This document shows, in pieces, positions 19,046 to 32,700 of a stretch of 64,000 bases of DNA (position 1 is the stretch's first letter; each line of letters begins with the position of its first letter). The position numbers were made by a program, and so were the translations under genes. The notes beneath the pieces are model-generated. The model did not search any database, was not told the DNA's origin, and worked only from the letters and a program-made list of their open reading frames with translations. Source of the stretch: a virus (Duplodnaviria; Caudoviricetes); the IMG/VR virus record IMGVR_UViG_3300037486_000510, positions 13,287 through 77,286 of that record. One strand, written 5' to 3'.

Positions 19046-21343
19046 TTAATATGGAAGTAAATTTTCTAAATTAGTATAAATTGATGGCTCACGATTAACA
19101 ATTGCCTGAAAAAATTGTTGCATAGAGCAAGTTAAATTTTCAAGTTCTGCATTTGATCCACCGGGTCTCGATAATGTAACATAAACTTTATTCGGGATAT
19201 CTACTATTGTACTTTGTAAATCGGCGGTACTTTCTGAAATAGTTAATCCTCTTGGTGATCTAATTGGCAAATCAACAGCCAAATATCCTGCTTGATGTTT
19301 GTAATATGTTCCAGTTCCAGAAGTTGGATTAGGAACACTATCATCCACATGTACATTTACTCCTGCAGCATCTAAGGTTTCATTTAATTTAACGCTCTGT
19401 TCTTCAATTTGAGCATCTTCTAAGATATTTACAATTTGATTAGTATTTTCAAGATTGGCTGGAAAATCAATAATAACGGGTTGAGACCAATCTGATTTCA
19501 ACGGATTGGTTGGCCAACCAGCTTCTGATATAGATCGTACTTTAAGTTGAACTTTTTCTCCTTTTTGTATTGGGATGTCAACCTGATTTATATTTACAAC
19601 TTCACCATCTGCTATATTTTCTATAGCCCATGTATAATTACCCGTTGTTTCATTAAATATCTTTTGTTTTACTGCTGAAGCAACTATTATCCAATCAGTA
19701 AAAACTCCTTTTGTAGTTTGTCCTGTACTAGGATCTATAAATTCAAATGTATTTAATGCGTTTCCAGTATTATCTAATTTTAAATAACGATAAGCTTGTT
19801 CAAACTGAATAATTTCTTGAGGCGGATTTCCTTTAAGATTAGGAATTGGAAAAAACCCTCTTGCGCGATATTTGGGATCAGTAGTAACAGCTGAATTTTC
19901 GTATGCAATTGTAGTAAGATTTTTAACTAAAGTCTGATATTGACTTGTTTTAATTCTAAGACTTATTGTATCTGTTTTTATTTTGCTAGATAAATATGAT
20001 CTATCAGCCGGATCAGTTAATTCTACTAATTCAGCCTTTCTTTGTGCAATTGTATTATTTAAACTATCAATTTCAGATTTAAGTTTTTCAATTTCTATTC
20101 TTTGATTTTTAATAGCATCTGTGTCTAGTGTAGCATTTAATTGAGTATTTATCTGTACAACATTAAAATTTGCACTTGATAAAGTTGGCGCGTTTGGAAC
20201 TAATCCATAATACGCTGGAATAAATTTTTCTCTTACTTGTCCTTCTAATTGTTTTCCAAAATCAGATACATACGCGTTATAGTAGTCAGTTAAAGTTTGC
20301 GAGCCTCCATCTAATATTAAATTATTAGTATAAAATGTAATTCCATAACTCCAATCATCTGCGATAATATTAAAATCATCGTTTACTCCCTTTAAGAAAA
20401 TAATATTGCATTCGTCATTCCCTATAGGAATATTTAATATTTTTGTTGAAAATGGTTCAGAATATATTTCAAATCTATTGTTAATTGTGGGTGATTCCAT
20501 CCCCACATAAGGAATTAATTGTACTCTATTTTCTGTTATGTGTATATCATTTATTTTCCATATAGAATTACCATAACGTAATAAATCTCCAATTGATAAT
20601 TGATGATTTTTAACAACAGGTTCATCTGAAGTAACGCCATAATTAATAGTATCTAATAAAAACCATTTTTTTCCAGAAACATTTTGTATATCTTGTATAA
20701 CAAAGTAACCCGTGTATGGTTCTGCTGAAAGAGGAAGATTTACAGTTTCTTCATCTTCCCAATAATTTTTTTCTTGTTCAGAAAGATATGTTATAGTTTC
20801 ATAATAGGTCCTTTCAGTTCCAACGATATTGGTTAAAAACCATTGAGTTTCAGTATCTGATTCATTGTCAAAGATAATTCTTTTAACTACAGCTCTATCT
20901 GATCTATCATCAATTTTGTTTTTAAGTTCAAATGATACTATAAGTTGAGGAAACATCATTGATTCAAAAAACCAGTTACTTCTAGTTTTAAATTTAGATG
21001 GCGCTGGTACATTCATTATTTTATCAGGCGAAATGGGAACAGGTATTGTACTCACTTTTCTATATGTTCCATCTTTTAATAATACAACGCCGTCTCCATT
21101 TACAAAGGCATCCATTGTTTGTGTCAACCTATCGACTTTATTTATTACATAATTATATGATGGAATCGAATATGTTACAGTTGAAGCGTCACCTGTGATA
21201 AGATTAGTTTCTTCAACTGAAAAGCTAACAGTATCTTGTTGCGTAGTTACACTTTCATTAAGTTTAACCATTGCGTCTGTTGCAATGTTAACTTGATTTA
21301 CAAGTAAATTTACTGTTTCTGTGAATGAATTTATGTTTGCCAT
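19046..21343 (-). CDS. Virion protein with coiled coil and C-terminal FN3-like domain
   Basis: IKNQRIEIEKLKSEIDSLNNTIAQRKAEL; VQLKVRSISEAGWP..KSDWSQPV. Confidence 0.7.
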   Translation of the reverse strand: MANINSFTETVNLLVNQVNIATDAMVKLNESVTTQQDTVSFSVEETNLITGDASTVTYSIPSYNYVINKVDRLTQTMDAFVNGDGVVLLKDGTYRKVSTIPVPISPDKIMNVPAPSKFKTRSNWFFESMMFPQLIVSFELKNKIDDRSDRAVVKRIIFDNESDTETQWFLTNIVGTERTYYETITYLSEQEKNYWEDEETVNLPLSAEPYTGYFVIQDIQNVSGKKWFLLDTINYGVTSDEPVVKNHQLSIGDLLRYGNSIWKINDIHITENRVQLIPYVGMESPTINNRFEIYSEPFSTKILNIPIGNDECNIIFLKGVNDDFNIIADDWSYGITFYTNNLILDGGSQTLTDYYNAYVSDFGKQLEGQVREKFIPAYYGLVPNAPTLSSANFNVVQINTQLNATLDTDAIKNQRIEIEKLKSEIDSLNNTIAQRKAELVELTDPADRSYLSSKIKTDTISLRIKTSQYQTLVKNLTTIAYENSAVTTDPKYRARGFFPIPNLKGNPPQEIIQFEQAYRYLKLDNTGNALNTFEFIDPSTGQTTKGVFTDWIIVASAVKQKIFNETTGNYTWAIENIADGEVVNINQVDIPIQKGEKVQLKVRSISEAGWPTNPLKSDWSQPVIIDFPANLENTNQIVNILEDAQIEEQSVKLNETLDAAGVNVHVDDSVPNPTSGTGTYYKHQAGYLAVDLPIRSPRGLTISESTADLQSTIVDIPNKVYVTLSRPGGSNAELENLTCSMQQFFQAIVNREPSIYTNLENLLPY

Positions 21344-21363
21344 TATATTATTATTTTTTTATA

Positions 21364-23082
21364 TTATAGTATACTTCCATTGGATGTAAAAGTGAACATT
21401 ACGCTAGTATCATATAATAATCTTAACATTGTTCCACTTGTATCAAATGTCCAATTTCCTAATTTTAATTTAGGCGCATTGTAACTTAAAATTATATTAT
21501 TGCTAGTATCTACTATTGAATTTTCAAGTATAAGATCTTTAACTTTTACGCTGACATCCATTTGAACAAGATACGTGGGTCTGCTATTAAAGAAACCTAT
21601 TTTTCCGTTATACATATAAATAGATGAATCTACGATAGGATCTGCGCCATCTGCAAACATAGGAATTGCATTTTCTGTACCAGTAATATCTCGAGTTATG
21701 TCATTTATTTGATATTGAAGTTCATCAACATGATTTAACATGTCAGTATAATTTGATGTTAAATCTAAATATTGCTGCGTAATATAATTAATTGTTCCTG
21801 TATGTCTATTTAAAATAGCAAGGTTTTTAGATAATCCATCAAATACTTCTGTAAAATCTCCAAGTTGTTCTTGCACTGATGTTGATTCGTCCATTATTGT
21901 AGCTTCTGTATCATCTAACATATAATCAGACTTAATATTCAGCCTAAATGAATATGATGTGCCAAATCCGTCAGTAGTACTTTGTAATTTACTAATTGAT
22001 GGTATTATAATTTGATTAAGAGGAAAATCTTGAGTATTTCCTGCTGCATAATCTAAGAATAATATACCTAATAAATTAGTTGCTAAAATTTCGTCTAATG
22101 CTTTATTATAAACTGAATAATAAAGAAGTATTGCATTAAAATCATAATTATCATTTAATACATATTTTGGCTCAACTGCTAAACTATCAAATGTTAATGC
22201 AGCGTCTCCTAAAATAGTTTTTAAATTGTCAAGATCAAATTCAATAGACATACAGTCTACTCTTGAACGTCTAAGAGGATATGTAATAGATATATCTTCA
22301 TAATAGGGACCAGATGGAATATATGCAGAATCATCTGTAATATAGTAATTTGGAGAAACATAATCATAAAAGGCTCTAATATCTAAACCATCTGGATGAG
22401 CCTGTGTATAGCTTTCTCTTCCTAAAATATTTGTATTTCCATTCATAAGAAGAGGAATTGCCATTAAATGATGATAATTATCATCTTCTACTTGTTTAAA
22501 ATAAACTGGAGTTTGTCCAAAGGATGTAGGAACTAATACATATGTTTCATTATATGTTCCAAATGTATCTGTACGTACAGAACCTGCGCTAATTTGTCCA
22601 ATGCCTTTAACAACTGAACTATATCCTACTGAATTATCCAGAAGATGCTCTTCTCTCCAGTATCCTCCTGCAGAAATATCGGGCGCCCAACGAATAGCTC
22701 CAGTTTCTTTTAACCATTTCCAAAATACTCTTTCAGAAACAGTAGTATTTAAAGCAGGATTATAACTATCTAAAGCCAATAAATTAGTTTCAAGGTTAAG
22801 TGCATAATTTTGAAAACTTTCTGCAACAACACGTCTTCCATCTATAATATTAGCGCCTAAATATTGATATGCACCAGGAATTGCATAAACGTTAAATTTA
22901 TTTATTTCTGCTGCAGAGGGTACGTCTATGGCTGGAATATTTAACAATGCGTAATGAGACATTTTAACAATATTGTTTCTCTCGTTTATGTTTAGCCCAA
23001 TATCTTCTAGCGCAGAAGTAAACGTATATATCGTCCCACCTTGGGCTCGCATTCTTTTTACAAATGGTGTTATAGTTGCCAT
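21364..23082 (-). CDS. Virion structural protein
   Basis: 572 aa; ATATATAAAATA at 23096-23107; helical coil near C-terminus; D-x-S cluster at C-terminus. Confidence 0.7.
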   Translation of the reverse strand: MATITPFVKRMRAQGGTIYTFTSALEDIGLNINERNNIVKMSHYALLNIPAIDVPSAAEINKFNVYAIPGAYQYLGANIIDGRRVVAESFQNYALNLETNLLALDSYNPALNTTVSERVFWKWLKETGAIRWAPDISAGGYWREEHLLDNSVGYSSVVKGIGQISAGSVRTDTFGTYNETYVLVPTSFGQTPVYFKQVEDDNYHHLMAIPLLMNGNTNILGRESYTQAHPDGLDIRAFYDYVSPNYYITDDSAYIPSGPYYEDISITYPLRRSRVDCMSIEFDLDNLKTILGDAALTFDSLAVEPKYVLNDNYDFNAILLYYSVYNKALDEILATNLLGILFLDYAAGNTQDFPLNQIIIPSISKLQSTTDGFGTSYSFRLNIKSDYMLDDTEATIMDESTSVQEQLGDFTEVFDGLSKNLAILNRHTGTINYITQQYLDLTSNYTDMLNHVDELQYQINDITRDITGTENAIPMFADGADPIVDSSIYMYNGKIGFFNSRPTYLVQMDVSVKVKDLILENSIVDTSNNIILSYNAPKLKLGNWTFDTSGTMLRLLYDTSVMFTFTSNGSIL

Positions 23083-23126
23083 ATTATATTATTTTTATTT
23101 TATATATTTAAATTAATTATTAAAGC

Positions 23127-26100
23127 TTACTGACTCACATAAATTATATATTTTCCTAGCCAGATAGCGTATTTTCCTAAAGAACTTACAGCATAAAGTC
23201 CGCCTGGATTCCATACGCCACCGCCAAAGGGGTACGCTAATCCATTGCCATTATTATATAATTCTGCTACTTCAGCAGTTGTTAATGCTTTATTCCATAC
23301 TCCTATTTCATCTAACTGACCATTATACATATATTGATTATTTCCATTTTGTCCAAAACTTGTAATACATCCAGAAAAATAAGAAACATCATAAGTAGTA
23401 CTATAAGAATAATAAGACGTATCTACATATACGCCTATAGTGTTTGCGCTAGAATCTGCAACAGCAACAACATGATGCCAATTATTATCTACAACTGAAT
23501 GTGCGGTACCTGTTACTTCTGGTATATGACTTGCTCCATCACATGTTATGAAACTAACCATTCCTCCGGATCCTATATAAATTCGATAGCCATACCAATT
23601 GCTGCTATAATCGGTATTGTCTATTAAAAACATATCATTTGTAGATGCACTTGCAGTTTTTAGCCAAAAAGAATAAGAAAAGGTTGTTGGTTGAATATTT
23701 CCAACAGTTACTCTACTAGTACTTCCACCATTTTTAAATTTATAGCATCCTGCTAATTTTCCTGAAGTTGAATTGTATGATATATCTACACAGGATCCTG
23801 TGTGAATTGAAAGAGAATCTGCCGCGCTTCCATCAGTTTCATTTAAAGGCCAGTATGATATTATATTTTGTAATAATGTAGATGTGCCTCCGCCGCTGAA
23901 TGGATAGGCTAATCCATTGCCATTATTATATAACGATGCTACTTCACCATTAGTTAATGCTCTACTCCACCATCCAACTTCATCCATTATTCCTCTACAA
24001 GCTTCATTGGCTCCATCATAAGAACTGCCTACGCCAAAAAAACTATTGGCAGTTAGTAATCTTTGATATTGAAGCGTCGATCCCGCTGTAGATACATTAT
24101 TTACATATATTACTGGATATGTTCCTACTCCTCCTGCTATAGCAACTATGTGGTACCACGTTTCAGTAGAAAGTGCTGATGAATGTGCAACGCTAAACGA
24201 AGATGTATCTTTATCACGAAATGCAGCAACTATGCCATCAGTATAGCTTCGTGCAAAAACTTCGCAATTATACCACGGCGTAGTACTATATCCACATCTA
24301 AACATATATTGATCTCCTGTTGGCGCAACGTTAGCTATTTTATGTTCTTTTATCCAAAAGGAAACCGACATTTTATCGCTTACATCTGCATATAAAGTAG
24401 CAAAATCACCGCTCATTATTCCTGAGCCAGACGAGGATGGATCAAAATCTACTGCTTGCAAAATTTTTCCTGTTGTATTTAGAGAAGGGTTATGCCAAGT
24501 AGTTATATCATTATTGCCGTGGGAATCGTATAATGTAGTTCCTGTGGTTTCTTCCATTTTCCAATAAGATATTAAATCACTTAATAGAGCGCTAGGAGTG
24601 TCTCCACCACCAGTAAAAGGAAATGATAGTCCTGACCCTGAATTATACAATTGTGATATTTCAGATGTTGCTAATTCTCTATCCCATATTCCTACTTCAT
24701 CTATATAACCATTGAATCTATAAGAATCCCCCCTTCCTATATAAAATTGGCCACCTGCCACATATAAAATGCTTGTATCCCATGTAGCAGACGAAGCTTC
24801 TGCACCATTTATATATAGTCTTTGATTTGGTTGTTTAAATGAAAATGCCAAATGAGTCCAAGTAGATAATCCTATACTTGCATTTGCTGTAAGCGTACTA
24901 TCTCCTCCAGCGTATCCAGTATGCCCAAGATATATGGTGGGTTTTCCTGTAGTTTCTGCTATATAAAACCACCATCCATCATTATCAGTTCCTGACCAAT
25001 CTGCTGCTATACTAAGTCTTGCGCTGCCGCCTACGCTTGCTGATTTTACCCAGCAAGAAAATGTTACTTCAGGATATGCAAAATATGCTGTTGATGGTTT
25101 AGATAAACCAGTGTTTCCTGCTGTAAATGCATAACTATTTACTATTTTTCCGGATTGATTTTGAGTTATTCCAGTTCCTTTAATTAAATCATAAGTATTA
25201 AGAGAATCGTGTGCTGAAACATCAGAAGTTTCGTCTAATTTCCAATATGCTTTTAAATTAGTAGATAAATCTGTAGATGCTTCTGCTGTAACAAACGGAA
25301 ACGCAAATCCTGCGCCGTTATTATATAACGTAGCTACTTCAGTAGGTGTAAGTAATCTAGACCAATATCCTACTTCATCTATTCTTCCGTCAATTGCTCT
25401 AGTTGCTCCTCCGTAACTATTGCCTATGCATATATAATAGTTTGGTCTATCCGCAGGATAAAAAGAAATTTTATTATTTGATGTTTGTTTAGCGTCGGCA
25501 GCGTTTACATATAATGCTCTTAAAGATACATCATAAGAATACATATACACTATATGATACCACTGCGCTGTAGCAAAAGTTATTTTGGAGGTACCCGAAT
25601 AAATTTCATAATAACTTCCATCTGTAGTATAAGTATTTGTTTGTATAGCGTTATATCCCCCTGCATCAACCATAGAAATAACTCCTGTAGGTGAATTACT
25701 TCCAGGCCCATCAGTGCTTTGAAAACGTGCAAGAATCATAGGATGGCCTGCAGCAACTGCTAACGTATCAAATTTTGCCCAAAAAGATATAGAAAACTGA
25801 CTATTGCTTGTGTCTAGTCCAGAAAGAGTAAGGTCTTGTAAATAATCTGTACTTGTGTCAAAATCTATTGATTTTATAGATATGGCGTCGGTTGATCCTA
25901 CTACAGCTCCCGAAAGTGTAAGATGATTAACTCCTACTGCATCATATATTGTGGTGCCAGTGTCTTCATCTAACTTCCAGTACGACTGTAAGCCTGTAGA
26001 TAAATCTTCAAGAGTAAATGGATATGATAATGCATATCTACCATTATATATAGTAGATACATCATCTGCTGTTAATGCTCTATTCCATGCTCCTACTTCA

Positions 26101-26696
26101 TCTATATAACCATCAAAGAAATAACCTCCGAGTTCAGTTCCAATATTTCCAATGTTTAATCTATTAGTAGCGCTATACATTGAATACCCTGAAGATGCGT
26201 TAATGTTTTTCCAGCTGGTTTGGCGAACGTTGTTAACGTACATATACATCGAAGTATCGCGATCAGCAATAAAAACTAAATGATTCCATCTATTAGGCAG
26301 TATATTTGCATCACCGTATATTTCGGTATAAGATGTTTCAGTCCACCCTAATTTAAAATAAGGCTTATCGGTGCCATCATGTCCTAAATCTGTATAAACA
26401 TAAGGTTCTGTACCCCAGTTACCCATTATACCTCTAGACGATGTAGATGCATTATCAATATAAACCCACGCTGAAAAAGTAAAATCATTTGTACTTAAAT
26501 CTGTATTAAACGCGGTATTAGTAGCGCTAGATAATCGAGCGTATTGACTTGATGCTTTGTTGAATTTCATGGATTGACGCTTAATGCCGTTAGTAGCAAA
26601 AGTGCCATTATATTCAGTAAAACTATGATTTCCTGTAGCGTCTCCTATCGAATTATCTAATTTCCAATATGCTATTAAATTTGTTGATACTGCCAT
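23127..26696 (-). CDS. Five tandem LamG (concanavalin A-like) domains
   Basis: 5x [AS]YW[KP][LM][DNE] ... [IM/L]DEVGxWxRxLTxxEVxxLYNxGxGxxYPF. Confidence 0.9.
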   Translation of the reverse strand: MAVSTNLIAYWKLDNSIGDATGNHSFTEYNGTFATNGIKRQSMKFNKASSQYARLSSATNTAFNTDLSTNDFTFSAWVYIDNASTSSRGIMGNWGTEPYVYTDLGHDGTDKPYFKLGWTETSYTEIYGDANILPNRWNHLVFIADRDTSMYMYVNNVRQTSWKNINASSGYSMYSATNRLNIGNIGTELGGYFFDGYIDEVGAWNRALTADDVSTIYNGRYALSYPFTLEDLSTGLQSYWKLDEDTGTTIYDAVGVNHLTLSGAVVGSTDAISIKSIDFDTSTDYLQDLTLSGLDTSNSQFSISFWAKFDTLAVAAGHPMILARFQSTDGPGSNSPTGVISMVDAGGYNAIQTNTYTTDGSYYEIYSGTSKITFATAQWYHIVYMYSYDVSLRALYVNAADAKQTSNNKISFYPADRPNYYICIGNSYGGATRAIDGRIDEVGYWSRLLTPTEVATLYNNGAGFAFPFVTAEASTDLSTNLKAYWKLDETSDVSAHDSLNTYDLIKGTGITQNQSGKIVNSYAFTAGNTGLSKPSTAYFAYPEVTFSCWVKSASVGGSARLSIAADWSGTDNDGWWFYIAETTGKPTIYLGHTGYAGGDSTLTANASIGLSTWTHLAFSFKQPNQRLYINGAEASSATWDTSILYVAGGQFYIGRGDSYRFNGYIDEVGIWDRELATSEISQLYNSGSGLSFPFTGGGDTPSALLSDLISYWKMEETTGTTLYDSHGNNDITTWHNPSLNTTGKILQAVDFDPSSSGSGIMSGDFATLYADVSDKMSVSFWIKEHKIANVAPTGDQYMFRCGYSTTPWYNCEVFARSYTDGIVAAFRDKDTSSFSVAHSSALSTETWYHIVAIAGGVGTYPVIYVNNVSTAGSTLQYQRLLTANSFFGVGSSYDGANEACRGIMDEVGWWSRALTNGEVASLYNNGNGLAYPFSGGGTSTLLQNIISYWPLNETDGSAADSLSIHTGSCVDISYNSTSGKLAGCYKFKNGGSTSRVTVGNIQPTTFSYSFWLKTASASTNDMFLIDNTDYSSNWYGYRIYIGSGGMVSFITCDGASHIPEVTGTAHSVVDNNWHHVVAVADSSANTIGVYVDTSYYSYSTTYDVSYFSGCITSFGQNGNNQYMYNGQLDEIGVWNKALTTAEVAELYNNGNGLAYPFGGGVWNPGGLYAVSSLGKYAIWLGKYIIYVSQ

Positions 26697-26709
26697 GATT
26701 TATTATCTT

Positions 26710-29700
26710 TTAAACAGGGGTTCCATATAATATAACTGTAAGCTCGTCTGATGCAATTGCGTTTCTACCTAAATTAGCGTCTGTAATTACATAATTAGTT
26801 GCATCTGCATCTTGTGCATGTAATTCTAATAGAGTTTCAGATATTAAAACAATACTACTGGCATCAATAATTATAAAATTACACGCATTTCCAGATCCAT
26901 ATAATGTATTCCAGCCATCAAAATCAGTTACAGAAAATGAAATATATGGGCTGTTAACATATGCATGTATACTATTTGTAGTGCATGTAAATCCTGAAGA
27001 ATCAATAGTAGCTGACACTGGTTGTGGTGCCGGGCCCTGCCAAACTGTTATAGTTTTGCTAGATAATCCACTTCCACTACTTATATCAAATGTAGTTGTT
27101 CTTGCTGTATAACCTGCATTGGTTGAAGGATTTGCTCTAAGTATAAATCCACTTTGATAATTATCAGAAGCTTCAAGAGAAGCGCCATCATAAACTCCCC
27201 ATGTTAACCAATCAGGTAAACTTTCAGCGTTTGTTATAATCCAATGCGGTGTTGTAGAACTATAACTTGTAGTAACTGTAGAATATTGTTCTTCTACTGT
27301 GTTATAATACCATAAGAACGTATATGCCTGCATTTCAACAAATTCAGTAAAGCTTAGATATTCTTGATCAACATTTAGTATTGCAGTAGATGCTTCTGAA
27401 TAACCACCCACAGTTGTATCTCTGTATGCTGCGCCGGCTGTTGGTTGCGGGTCAGCCCATAAAGTAAGATTTCCACTTCCAGTTCCTGAAGGAGATCCAG
27501 CAAAACTTAGCCAAGTAGCTGCAGTTGAAGCTTCCCACGGATTTAATACATTAGTAACAACTGAAACATCATGCTGTCCACCTGCATCTCCGAATGTGTA
27601 TGTAGAAGGAACAAAAGTTAAATATACGCTAGGATCTTGAGAAATAGTTACAGTTCTTGTAGGCACTAATGAATTAATATAAACTGTTGCGTTTCTTCTT
27701 AATCCACCATCTGGCTGTTGTTCAGCTGTAATTATGAATTGGCCGTCACCTGAACTTGATTCATTCGTAAGAGATAACCAGTCATACGACTCTGACGCAT
27801 TCCACGTATTAATTATATCTGTTGTAACATTGATTGAAACATCACCACCACTTTTTAAGAAATTTTTAGATGTAGGTGTACGGTATAAAGTTATTCTAGG
27901 ATCGGTTAATAAGTAAACAACGAATTCTTCATTATTATGAGCGCTATCACTAAATGTAAGACCACCACTAAAACTAACATCATTGTGCTCAAAGTTAAAT
28001 GATCCAACTCCATAATCTGCTGTAGAAGGCACAGTTCTTTCTCCTCTCCAGCTAACATCTAAATCTCCTGCGTTCCATCCCGGAACAGTTATATATAATC
28101 CTTGAACGATGGCAACTGCCATTCCTGCTTCTAAAGTAGCAGAATCATAAGTTGATATGTCCATTCCGCTTTCATCGCTAGGATCTATTGCCAATGTTAC
28201 TATAGGAGGCACGGGTTCTTTATATTGTAGTAGATAATAAGTAACACTACCTCCAAAGTCATTAGTTATATAAAGACTTCCGTCTCTATCATATCCTGTA
28301 TTGTTTTCTGTAATAGGATGAATTTTAATTACACGTCCAGGAGTATCAGAAACATGGTCTCCTACACTAAGATCTTGCTCTATAAGTGTATCGTATGCGC
28401 AAATCCAATTAGGTATTTCTGATACAACTGTAAAATGTCCACCCGGATTTGTAGTTATAATTCCGATACTTATATCATATGCACAAGGATTTCCAAATAT
28501 AGGACAATATTCATCGAAGGCCCATGTACCATCTACACTATATCCTGCTCCAGTTTCTTTTTCTATAGTAACAGTAGAAGGCTCAGGAGTAGGTGGAGTA
28601 TAACCTGTAGGAGCAACTTTTAAGAAAAATCCACCATAAGATATTAACGTATTTTGAAATAATATAAAAGATGTATTGGCGCCTGCTGAAGGCTCACTTG
28701 GAGTAGAAGAACCAAGTGTATTGAATTCGACGTTACTTCCATAAGATAATCCTACAGTATTATATGCAAAAGCTCTAACATAATAGTGTGTAGATGCATT
28801 TAATTCTGTTAAATAACTAACATAACTTCCTTCGCCGGTTGTTCCAGCTAATGTCGATGGATTGGCGATAGTTGGACTTGTAGCTGTATTCCAACATATA
28901 CCCCTATACGTTAATGCTATGCTTCCATCATGAGTTACATTGCCACCACCTGTTGCAGTATATGTAGAAATATCTGTTATAGACGTTGTAGATACAAACG
29001 GGAGTCCTGTCGAAGGTTCTTCACCGTATTCATAAGCGCCTAATGATGGTGGGCTATTCCATAATTTTCCTTCAGCATCGTATATTAAACCGCTTACATC
29101 TACTCCGCCATAAATTAAGTCAGAATATGCCGCTAAATGTAAAAAAGTTATGGTAGGTAAACTCCCATCTTCATTTCTTGATGCATCTAAACCAGTTAAT
29201 GATAAATTTGTAAAATCTCCATCAGAAACACTATATACAGGATTATTTGTATTATTATATAAAAATGTATTATGATTTAATGAAGAATTTACGCTAAAGG
29301 TTCCAGATCCTAATGAATTATCGTATGCAATGCAATTTTGTATATTATTTGAACAATTACCGTAATCCATCATTTGAAAACCATACGTATTATTGTTGTA
29401 TGAAGTAACATTATTAATGTGCATTATACATAAAGCTGCATTTTGAGTAAGTCCTGCAGTTCTATTGTTAAACGCTAAACAATTTTCTATTGTTCTAAGA
29501 TGTTCTGTTTCATGACCAGTATAAGGATTAGGTACTAAAGGACCTAATTTATATCCATTACCATCTCCGCCTTCTGTTACACCATCTTCTCTATATCCAT
29601 TATTCCATGACCAGCAATTTTCAATAATAACCATTTTTTGTGAGTACCATAAATCTATTCCGTCATCGGAGTTATTCCAAAATCTACAACCACGAACAGT

Positions 29701-32700
29701 ATTAACAGTTCCAACACCATCATCTTGAACGCCTAATCCGTCTGCATCGCCATACGCGTCATTTAAAGGATCTGGTAATGGATGTGCGGTATCATAAGGA
29801 TCATAATTATGGTGAAAATCGCTATTTAATACTAAACAATCTCCAGAAGAAAGTAATTGTCCTCCCCCGCCGCAATGGTGAATATTAAGTAACTCAAATG
29901 TGGAATTTAAACATTGATATGCAGTAAAACCACCAAGATTATCTGAAGGTGTTTGATAGCAATATGCTATTTCAAGCCCTTTAAGATAAATATAATTGCC
30001 AGAAATTCTAACTAAAGTTTGCGGCCAATCAGGAAAAGTAAATGTTGAAGCTTCGATAAAAACCGGAGTCTCACCAGGATATGCCCATATATTAATAGAC
30101 GCATCGGCCGTTCCATTTTTTCCAGTGAGTATTTGTGAGCTATGATATTCATATGTGCCGCCTCTCATATAAATAATATCTCCTGCAGATACATCTTGCC
30201 ATGCTCTATTTAAAGTAAACCAGGGACTAGAAATAGTTCCATCTCCAGTTCCATCACTTCCATCAGAAGAAATATAATAAACATTTACGCTGCTGTTTGG
30301 CATTAATACGATGCTAGTCCAAGGAGCTAATGTAAGATTTCCAACGGGATATATATTTCCAGATACATCTACCATAGGAATAATTAAAGATGCAACTATT
30401 TTATTGGCATTTGTTTCGTTATAATAAAATAATAGTTCGTTAGTGCTTGAAACTATAGTATAAGAATTTTGAGAATTTGCATCTTGGCTTGAATAAGTTT
30501 GCCATTCAGCCAATGTTTTATAATCTGTACCTTCTCCTGGTTTATAAGTGCGAATTGTAATATTATCATCTATAGGTCTTGCATAAATATTATAATTAGA
30601 AGTACCATAATTTGTAATATTATCAGAAGCAGTAAGTGATACTCCTAACGTATATTGAGTAGCTGATTTTGCAATAAATTGATTATATCTTATTATATTG
30701 CCATATAAAGATGCGTAATCCCAGCTTCCAGACGCATATAGTTGTCCTTCTCCGTCATCTCCATTATTATAGCATAAATTATGTTCTACTGTATTATTGT
30801 GTGCAGAACCTAACATAATACCAGTGCCTCTATTGTTTGCGCATGTATTATATCTTACGCTTGCATCTGTAGTAAAGCTATCTAAATATATTCCGCGAGC
30901 TATATAAGCAGTTGGATTACTTGTTCCGTTTGTATTTCCGTATCCGTTTAAGATGATATTAGATTCTATATCCCAATGGTGTGGACTTGAAATAAGAGTA
31001 CGATAAATTCCTCCACCGTCATTAACTGTTAAACAGTGATTATTAATAAAATTATATCTTATCGCAGCCCCAGATCCGCTTCCTCCAGATATACCACAAT
31101 AACCCATATTTTCTATTCTATTGTAATATACTGTAGTATTAGTAGAACCAATTCTTATGCCCGTTGCATATTCTCCGTGATAGCCTTGACCAGCTATTAA
31201 ACCTATATTAGTAATTTTATTATAGTTTATTGTACAATCAGCGCCAGAAATACGTATTCCCGATTCATTACATCTATCAATGGTATTATTTGTAATATTT
31301 GTGTTCGCGCCTGGATCTGATATTCCACTAAGTCCTGCATATTTAATACTACAATCCGTTATTGTAATATTTGAACAATTATATTCTGTAAAGTTGACCG
31401 CAGTTGATGTACATCCAATAAACGATAAATTGTTAAGCGTTAAATAATCATAAGTGTTTCCCTGAAACAAATTGCCTTTTGTTGCAACTTTAACTTCTGT
31501 TGATCCAGGATCTGAACCAAAATATACATATAGTTTTTGAGAAATTGTGTCATGATACCATTCGCCATAAGTAGGGCTCATATATAAAGTGCTGAGATCA
31601 TTTTGGAAGAAATATCCCATATTATCATAAATATAATCATATGCGTCAGGTCTTGACCCATCGTTATATACAATAGTACTTCCGTCGTGTTCAATTATCT
31701 TATATCTTCCTTGAAGCCAATATGTTTGTCTTATTACAACATCGGCTCCTGTCCAATTAGGTTCATTTGCTAATTGATTATCTGTTATAGATAAAGAACC
31801 ATCATGAGATTCATATGTTAAATAAGTTGTTCCTTTGGGATATCTTCCCATTCCATATTGAGATCCATCTATAACAACCATATTAGTTTGCTGATCAGCA
31901 GATATATCTCTTGAATATACACCGCTTCCTTCATTTGTCCAGCCTGATGTGATAGTAGTAAAACCTGTAATTTTAGGATCTTCGCCTGTACTATAAGCTC
32001 CAAATGTAATAGGATTTCCGGCAGTTCCTGATTTAGTAATATTTAATGTTCCATAAAATGTATCGCCTTTTCTAAATAAAATAGTTTCACCTGCCTCGAT
32101 ATTTCCCATCGATGCGTTAACCTTATCAATTGTTTTCCACGCGGTATTTATCGTTTTGCCATCACTTGCATCATTTCCTGAACTACTAACATAATAAGTT
32201 GAAGATTCTATAGGAGCGTCTGCTTCATATAACATTGCTCCAACTTGCCATACACCATTTTGAGCTGTTGTTGAAGGATATCCTGTTCCCCATGATGCAT
32301 TAATAGAAAGACCCGTAGAATAATCACTAGATAATGTAGTACCATAATCGAGTCTTACACGTGGAACAAAAGTGCTTACATCTATAAAACTAGGATCCAT
32401 TACAACTGAATTTACATCATATCCCAATGCTTGCCAACCTTCGAATGTTAATTCGGAACCTAAATAATTAAATCTTATTGAGCCATCTCCTTCTTTCCAG
32501 AAAACGTTGTAGTCAGATTCAAACCCGACTGCGCAAGATGCATCAGCAATATTTATCATATGCTGATCATGCTCAGTATAAAAAATATTATTTTTAATTT
32601 TTGTATCAGATGCAGGAGAACCGCCCGTTCCCGACGCGCATGTATCTGTATTAGTATAAATATAAATTAATGGTCTCCAAGTTTCACCACTAGCTACACT